From the NCBI RefSeq assembly GCF_964355755.1, contig NC_092673.1, positions 5,580,001 through 5,644,000 on the forward strand: a stretch of DNA of 64,000 bases. The letters are read 5' to 3'. Each line of letters starts with the position of its first letter. Positions within the stretch are counted from its first letter, which is position 1. Made by a program: the position numbers and the translations under genes. This DNA is from Antedon mediterranea (taxonomy: Eukaryota > Animalia > Echinodermata). Shown piece by piece: positions 55,738 through 64,000 of this stretch. Under the pieces are notes generated by a model, which saw only the letters and a program-made list of their open reading frames with translations, ran no database searches and was not told the origin of the DNA.

Positions 55738-57207
55738 AGTAGAATGTTTTACTATGTTCCCCTTTTCTTTTCGCTTGCTTTTAAGCCTAAATTTCAACAT
55801 TGGATAAAGCATTATAGAAAGGATTTTAGCCAATAAGGATATTATTAGAATGTTTTACTATGTTCCCCCTTTCTTTTCGCTTGCTTTTAAGCCTAAATTT
55901 CAACATTGAATAAAGCATTTTAGAAAGGATTTTAGCCAATAATGATATGAGTAGAATGTTTTACTATGTTCCCCTTTTCTTTTCGCTTGCTTTTAAGCCT
56001 AAATCTCAACATTGGATAAAGCATTATAGAAAGGATTTTAGCCAATAGTGATATGAGTAGAATGTTTTACTAAGTGCCTCCTTTTCTTTTCACTTGCTTT
56101 TAAGCCTAAATTTCAACATTGGATAAGCATTATAGAAAGGATTTTAGCCCATAATGATATGAGTAGAATGTTTTACTATGTTCCCCCTTTCTTTTCGCTT
56201 GCTTTTAAGCCTGAATTTCAACATTGGATAAAGCATTATAGAAAGGATTTTAGCCAATAATGATATGAGTAGAATGTTTTACTATGTTCCCCCTTTCTTT
56301 TCGCTTGCTTTTAAGCCTAAATTTCAACATTGGATAAAGCATTATAGAAAGGATTTTAGCCAATAAGGATATTATTAGAATGTTTTACTAAGTGCCTCCT
56401 TTTCTTTTCGCTTGCTTTTAAGCCTGAATTTCAACATTGGATAAAGCATTATAGAAAGGATTTTAGCCAATAATGATATGAGTAGAATGTTTTACTATGT
56501 GCCTCCTTTCTTTTCGCTTGCTTTTAAGCCTAAATTTCAACATTGGATAAAGCATTATAGAAAGGATTTTAGCCAATAGGGATATTAGTAGAATGTTTTA
56601 CTATGTTCCCCCTTTCTTTTCACTTGCTTTTAAGCCTAAATTTCAACATTGGATAAAGCATTATAGAAAGGATTTTAGCCAATAAGGATATGAGTAGAAT
56701 GTTTACTATGTGCCTCCTTTCTTTTCGCTTGCTTTTAAGCCTGAATTTCAACATAATTGGATAAGCATTATAGAAAGGATTTTAGCCAATAATGATTATT
56801 ATTAGAATGTTTTACTATGTGCCTCTTTTCTTTTCGCTTGCTTTTAAGCTTGAATTTCAACATTGGATAAAGCATTATAGAAAGGATTTTAGCCAATAAG
56901 GATATGAGTAGAATGTTTACTATGTGCCTCCTTTCTTTTCGCTTGCTTTTAAGCCTAAATTTCAACATTGGATAAAGCATTATAGAAAGGATTTTAGCCA
57001 ATAAGGATATGAGTAGAATGTTTACTATGACATGTGCCTCCTTTCTTTTCGCTTGCTTTTAAGCCTGAATTTCAACATTGGATAAAGCATTATAAAAAGG
57101 ATTTTAGCCAATAAGGATATGAGTAGAATGTTTTACTATGTTCCCCCTTTCTTTTCGCTTGCGTTCAAGTTTGAATGTCAACATTGGATAAAGCATTATA
57201 GAAAGGC
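55738..57207. repeat. ~107-bp satellite array, about 13-14 units
   Basis: Unit AGTAGAATGTTTTACTATGTTCCCCCTTTCTTTTCGCTTGCTTTTAAGCCTAAATTTCAACATTGGATAAAGCATTATAGAAAGGATTTTAGCCAATAA..GATATG. Confidence 0.96.
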
Positions 57208-57310
57208 TGGAAGCAAATAGAGATATAATATTCTTTATATTAATATTTCTATCGCAACAACAGATACAATGTTAAGAGTATTTTATTGTAATACAACGTT
57301 ACATAGTATA

Positions 57311-57610
57311 CAAATAATGAATGTTTATGAGTGCAATGGTACAAATAATGGCACGAGGTGAATGATGAAAGGTTATATCAACAAGGCAAAGCCGAGTTGA
57401 TATAACCTTTCATCATTCACCAAGTGCCATTATTTGTACCATTACACGAATACAAAACATTCATTATTTGTTTTATATAACATCTAAATAACAAACAAAA
57501 ATGTTTCAAAAAGTACTATTTAACGATCGTTGAATAGTGCGTACTATTGCACGCCATGTGACCCACATTCGTCCAATCAAATGACAGGAATTTATATAGG
57601 TGTTATATAA
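57311..57610. mobile_element. Foldback/hairpin element (~77-bp arms)
   Basis: Arms 57311-57387 and 57391-57470 around GGC-AAA-GCC. A further inverted pair TTATATAACATCTA / TAGGTGTTATATAA spans 57473-57610. Confidence 0.7.
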
Positions 57611-60414
57611 TATTTAATATATAATATACAGTCAATTGAAAATTTTACCGATTTACTCAATTTTACAAGAATACAGGTTTGAATGAGTTTATTGTACGCT
57701 GACCAATGATTTGTAGTGGCCCTTAAGTTATTCAAAATCATTGTTTTAATTGTTGGAGATCTAAACTCTATTTAGAAAAGAGAAGATTTACTATTATTTT
57801 CCTTGTGAAGATTGCAAATTAAGATTTAGTTTAAAAACCAAAATCAATGGTGTTTATCAATCCAATTGTTATCTTTATAAGATACAGATTAACAATTGAG
57901 ATGACTAAATTAAAAGATTTTGTCTTTGTCTGCTAAATTTGTTATGCTGCTAATAAAAAAAAATCAATAAATTCATTAAATTTCTAATGAATGGTATAAT
58001 TCCTTACATGCCACAATTTCTTTATTGATTTTTGTCGTCATTGAACAAATTACTCGACATATCATTTAACAATAAGTTGTTATTATAGACATGCTTATTA
58101 CAATGACGTGAATTATATACTTCAGTTGCATCTTAAAAGATAGTTGTAATTATTATTATTTCGTTCAATAAAAAAAATGGTTATGAAAGCCTTTTGTTGT
58201 TTCATTTTTTATTTAAAATTAAATTTACAATATTGTTGTACTGTAACTTGTACTTTGTGTGGGATTTTGTTTGAAAATAGTGTTTTGTGTGGGATAAGTT
58301 TAGTGCTATTGACGTCAAGTTGACGTTGATAAAGACACAACTTTAGAATAAACAATTGAGAAAAGAAATATCGAAAATGTTTTTATTTTGATATTGACGT
58401 ACTGTATGTTTTGTGATTAACAAAACATATGAAATTAAATGAGAATTTTGAAATGTGTGGTTGTTTTGTAACAATACCTACTTAAAAACATATTTTAATA
58501 TATTATATACAGTTTGATATAATAAGTGATATATTCAATAACAATACCTACTTAAAAACACATTTTGTTATGTGAACAATAGGAAACTATATTACACCAA
58601 TTTTAATAATATATTCAAATTCATGAAAATATGGTAAAATAGTAATTTATACATATCTTGGCAATGGACCAATATGGTTCACACACATTTCCATTTGCCA
58701 AAGACTTTACAGTATTGCTTAAAAAAAATGATTTATTCTCAAAAATTATAATTTTCTCCCCTTCTTCCTTCGATTTTAAACAATCTGCAAATTCTTCATT
58801 TTTTTCTGTAAATTGAAGAATCTGATAGTGAAGATAAGTATTACAAAAGGATAACAAGTTAAAGTTTAATAGATGATTTAATTCACACAATTTATGATTA
58901 CTTATATATGAGGTATCAAAATCATGACTATGAATAGAATTATACTATTGCTATGTAGGTAGGATGACATCATAACATGACCTAATAGTTAACATGAGCA
59001 TTAGCCAATAAAAGTAAGAATATGCAGCTGTACTACTTTGTGTACAAATGACATTTTAGAAAGTTGGGTTTTTTTTCAGGATAAAAAAAAGCAATTTCTT
59101 CGTCTTAGATGAGACAGTAAATCACAGGTTTAACTGATTTTTGTTGCCTGCTTCTGAATAAGCTCAAGTTTAGCATCAATGATAATAAATTCAAGATATA
59201 AGTCGTTCCAGATTTGTTGTGTATCGTAGACCTGTAGATGTATTACAAAAAAGATAGATGATTTTATTTTCTATGGAGTCATTAGTTCAGATCTTCTTTC
59301 GGTCTTCTGTTTCATCTATGCCAAATATCTGCTTTACCCCTAAAGCTTGGTTCCCATTGGGATGCAATGCCGACGTAAGCGCAATGCAAGCGAGTTCACA
59401 AATCACAAGCAAAAATTTGGATAATCCATTGCTTGTGATTGGTTAAATTGCTTTCACCGTTTCGTTACCTCCAAGTTTAACCCTCGCATCCTCTATAAAG
59501 AATCCAATAACTCTCCAGATTGTTAGTCTTGGATTGATGCCTTTGGGGGTCTAGTTACTGTACAACTAAAATTAACTCAGTAACCGACTGTTTTAAGTAT
59601 AAAATACCAGTATTAAGATGTTACAAATCTGTGAAACCAAATAAACCGATACATTTTCCGTTGTCCAGTGTGTTAATTTTTAATTAGCCCACCTTTTATA
59701 TTAATTTTATAGTATTTTATACTGGTTGTAGTGTTGCATAGTTTTCTCCTACTTAGGCCTTTATCATCAGAAAAGTGTCCACGTAAATGCACCCTATAGG
59801 GGCTGACTGATGATCAGTATCTCTCTTTTTCTCTCTCTCATATTTCTTTTGAAGCTCTGTTTACACTATCAAACATTATGTGACAAATAAATGTGATGTG
59901 CCCATGTATGGACATGATGATGTCATATCACTACCATATTTGAGCATATCACTATCATATTTGGGCACATCACACTTTTTTGTCAAACTAGTTTGATAGT
60001 GTAGACAGGGCCTTAGAGTGTCTGCTATGTTCATTATAGTTGTGTCATTAATTCATGTATGATATCAGTTGACATTACAATGTAATTTATGTAGTTTTTA
60101 GTACATTCCGAGAAAACATGAATTCGATTTAATTCCCTTTATGAGCAACAGAACTACTTTACAATTAAATAATTTGAATATCACATGGTTAGCATTGATT
60201 TGTGATAAGGCCTGATTTTGTTTCATTAAACACGAATAGAAATGAAGCCAAACAAAGTTAATAAGAATCATTATTGTTTATCTTTTCTTATGGTATTAAC
60301 TACAGTGCTACAATATATGACTATAGCGCTTTGACTGCAGTAAGCGCTTTGCTGTGATTCATTCACTAGCTAGCACATATTTTACTAGGTCTTTATTTGA
60401 CTGTATAGTTACAA

Positions 60415-61030
60415 TATATATTGTCACTTGTATTCTCAGGAGGAGTATCCCCTGAATATGGGTGTCCCCTAAATAGGAATGTCCCCTAGGGGTGTCTGGT
60501 TAATAGAAGTATCCCCTGAATAAGGGTTGGCTGTAGTGTTAAAGTATATATTGTCACTTGTTCATTGTCGTGAAAGTGTCCCCTGAATAGGAGTGTCCCC
60601 TTAATAGGAGTATCCCCTGAATAGAGGTGTCCATTGAATAGGAGTAGTGTCCCTTGAATGGGGATGGCTGTAGTGTTATATATGTTGTCATTTGTTCATT
60701 CTCAGGAAAATGTCCCTTTAATAGCAGTGTACCCTTAAGCACTGTCCTCTGAATAGGAGTTGGCTGTAGTGTTAAAATATATATTGTCACTTGTTCATTC
60801 TCGTGAAAGTGTTAGTGTCCCCTTAATAGACCTGTACCCTGAGGGGTTGACTGTAATGTTAAAATATATGTTATCACTTGTTCATTCACAGGAAAATGTC
60901 CCCTTAGTAGCAGTGTACCCTTAAGGACTGTCCTCTGGATAGGAGTTGACTGTATTGTTAAAGTAATATTATCACTTTTTTGTTTATCAGGAAAATGTCC
61001 CTTTCCCTGTATAGGAGTATTCCAAGGGAG
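60415..61030. repeat. Degenerate tandem array of mariner-MITE-like ends (~120-130-bp units)
   Basis: Repeated ATTGTCACTTGTTCATT...GTCCCC.(T)AATAG...GTTG(A/G)CTGTA(G/A)TGTTAAA. Confidence 0.7.
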
Positions 61031-61664
61031 GTGTTCAATTATAATAAGATTCCGTTAAATTATTTTTTTATGAATACTGTACTGTACTCAGTTGGTAATT
61101 TGTAAGATTTAAATGTAGGAGGTATTCCATTGTCGAATCTAATTACCATAAACCGATTTGTGTTGTTTTGATACAAAGAGAATTGTAGCGTCTGTTTGAC
61201 TTTTTGTAAATCAATGCTCGTAAAAACGGGTAAATTAGCGGAGATCCTATGTCAACGATCAGAGACATAAACGTCAATGCACGTTCTTGACGTCATTATA
61301 CAAAAGTCGTTCAGCCTTCTAAATGGTTTTTTTTTTAATTGCTGTAAAAAAAAAGTTAAAAATTTGAATACAGATTTAAAGAAATTTCTATATTGATGTT
61401 CTTGATATAAAATGCATTCTGTATTGGATTGAGTAGTAGAAAGGTGAAGTAATTTAATTTCTTCCTTTCGTGTTTATTAACATTATCTTTAATATTATTT
61501 ATTATGAATATGTGGAATCAATCTGGAAACTTTATTACTATTATTACAACCTATACTTTAAAAAAAATTTCTGTATGTCAATGCTGTGTTTTGTTTCAAA
61601 TGCCTATTAGGCATTGTTTTTTAATTAAATGTTTATTAATTAAATGTTTTATTTGTTCTTACAG

Positions 61665-61719
61665 ATTTTTGGTTGTAATATTTCTTTTTGGTGAATGAAG
61701 AAGACCCGGTTGTTTTAAG
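61665..61719 (+). other. Probable 55-nt non-coding internal exon
   Basis: TTTGTTCTTACAG acceptor and AAG|GTATGT donor. Contains only a 7-codon ATG..TAA. Confidence 0.35.
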
Positions 61720-63610
61720 GTATGTATCTATAATTGTTTTAATTTATAATAATTTTATTTGCCAACAGTGAAAGAGTTTTACTTTAATATTAATAATATT
61801 GGTTTCTCTTTGGCAACCCCAAAAAACAAAAACAAAACAACTGCATTTCATGGATGACGTTATAGATTGGTAAACCGAAAGAGATGAGAGTAGATTGATA
61901 ATAAAACCCATTATGCTTCATAATATTTTAAAAATCATTGGTTGCCAAAACAGAAATTCTATTCCTATTTTGTCAAATTAATATATTTAATCTTGTTGTT
62001 TTAAACGTAAATCCGGAACCCTTGCAAATGTCATTGCTTAACGACCGTAGGAATCAAAATGGATTTCAACAAGATTTGCTTTTAAACACGACTCTCTCAC
62101 AATGTCACACGCATAATGCCGCATAAATCTTGCGCAAATAGCCTTAAAGGTATAGAAGAGATTAATATACGTGCAGTGTGGGATACCCAAGATTTGTCAG
62201 GCATATAAGGAGACCCAGAGGAATGCATTTATTAATCTTACGAGAAGCTGTGTAAACCAGTGTATATACAGCTTAATTATAATTACCTTTTGTTTAAAAT
62301 GTTCTTTTGTTTATTATCCATTGTTTTTGAAGGTTGTGCTGTTTTATCCAGCATTAACTAGACTTTTAAAGTGAATTTAAATTATTAAAAAAAAAATTCA
62401 GTGAAACAATTTTGAATCATGATGTACTAGAGCACTGAAGTGTAATAGTTAATAATCAATCATTACCTAGCCACAAATGGTATTTTTCTTTATTCCTTAA
62501 TAGCGTATGGAATTGTTCTTATTTCTCAGTAGCCTAAGGGGTTTTTTAGGTATACTGGCAAACGAATCAAAATAAAAATCAAATTTAATTTGAACTTCTT
62601 TAAATCAAAGCTTAAGACGTTTATCATCGGACTTTGACTTTACTATAAGTTTTCATTCATTAATTTGTGATGGAAACTAACGCAATATAAGATTTCCTTA
62701 TAATTATTATTATTTCTTTAAAAAGGAGGATCAGGACTGTATAAAATGAGTTTGACAAAATAATGATATTACAATCTTAAATACATCAAAAGTTATCATC
62801 TAGAACCATGCAAAACGAATTAAAATCAAATGTAACTCTTTATGCAGGAATCCATAAAGGAAGAGGACTGTATGATTTTGAAAATATAATTACAATACTA
62901 TCTTGAATACATCAAAAGGTATCATCTAGAACCATGCAACTGAATCACAATATAAATCAAAGTTAATTCTTTAAGCAGGAATCCATAAATAATTATAATA
63001 CACTTTTGAATACATTTGTTTTGTTTTTATATATTTAGGAAAATTTGCCAAGGATAACCACAAGCAAATTCATTCACTATCCTTCTTAAAGGATAGTGCA
63101 AACATATGCAAACATATACACAAGATGCTCTACATAAACAAAGTCTTATTACAAGTCTTTGGGAGTGGAGTTGTAATTTGTCAATAAAAATTAGAAAAAA
63201 TCTTGACATATGACAGGACTTATCCCCAAGACCGTTGGATTGGTAGCCCTAGCATCATAACCACCAAGTCACAACTCCACTCCCAAATTCTGATAAAAAG
63301 TACTACAGTATTGGATGAAAGCAACTTTTATAGAAAATATAGTTACTCTGTCAACTCAAGTTGTATAGCAAAAGGCCAATTCCCTTTAAATCAATTATCT
63401 ACTAATTGATATACATTTTGTCTCCTAATTCATACACATCAATTTGATCAATTTCCTAAATTAAGTGGTTCTCTTTCACTGCTTTATTTACTGATTCAAT
63501 TTAAAAGCTTTGATCTGTCTAGAAAAATAATATTTATAGTATGCAAAATGTATGAATAGTATATAAATAGGTTAGTTTTAACTCCTGATTCTTGAGGTTT
63601 GTCTACGCTA

Positions 63611-64000
63611 GATTCAGATTCGATTTATTAATTCATTCATACATACATAGTATAATGATAATTGTTTTCTTGGCAAAAAAACACAAGCAAAACAATACAC
63701 ACATAATATTTACATTCGTGATCAACTTAGAACTAACAACAACAACAACAACTGACCAAGCGATATAAAATACAACAGACCTAATGACCTATCTTTGAAA
63801 CTCATTGTTGTGTAGTCTAATAGCGCTAGAAAGAATGAAAATTTATGTCTATTTGTTTTAACTGGAATTGTTAATCTTCCAGATCTAATAAATAATTTTC
63901 TTGCAATACAGCAGGGGAGACTGATTTGTAATATTGTATATGATAGGGAAGAAGGTTCAAGTTGTGGATTATAAATCTCTAATATTACAGTATGGATGTT
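63611..64000 (-). mobile_element. LINE 3' end (L2/Rex-like), continuing past the window edge
   Basis: Minus strand reads RSGRLTIPVKTNRHKFSFF (RT C-terminal TNR.KNSFF motif), then a 3' UTR ending AATAAATCGAATCTGAATCT. Confidence 0.6.

Noticed and set aside
56768-57001. 77-aa basic ORF in the satellite
   Set aside because: Chance open frame within the 107-bp repeats.

Overview
AT-rich, intron-rich animal genomic DNA. Gene homologies and the Nin/Deu-type SINEs suggest an invertebrate, plausibly a deuterostome such as an echinoderm (inference only). Three protein-coding genes were reconstructed by hand from GT-AG exons. (1) The last four coding exons of a GRK4/5/6-type G protein-coupled receptor kinase (+, 354-4283). 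(2) A complete SERAC1 (-, 24691-14230, 16 coding exons, ~656 aa). (3) A complete FHIP2/FAM160B gene (+, 26534-40608, ~720 aa), head-to-head with SERAC1. From ~46.8 kb onward there are only promoter-like signals and probable non-coding 5' exons of a fourth gene. Most supplied ORFs are spurious. Introns and intergenic DNA are dense in mobile elements: ~19 copies of a PIF/Harbinger MITE, Tc1/mariner, Kolobok and P-like MITEs, a Nin-domain tRNA SINE family, L2/CR1-type LINE ends and many tandem duplications. The most notable observations are a young 1.94-kb non-autonomous LTR element nested in a MITE; alignment-supported TA-cag/ctg-TA excision footprints; a second TA-GGC(C)-TA motif class that clusters at promoters; 36-bp P-like 17+2+17 palindromes with 7-bp target duplications; one SINE body carrying several different LINE tails; and a tRNA-like cloverleaf with an ATC anticodon. 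I found no clearly new multi-gene system. All homologies are from memory of the protein families, not from database searches.
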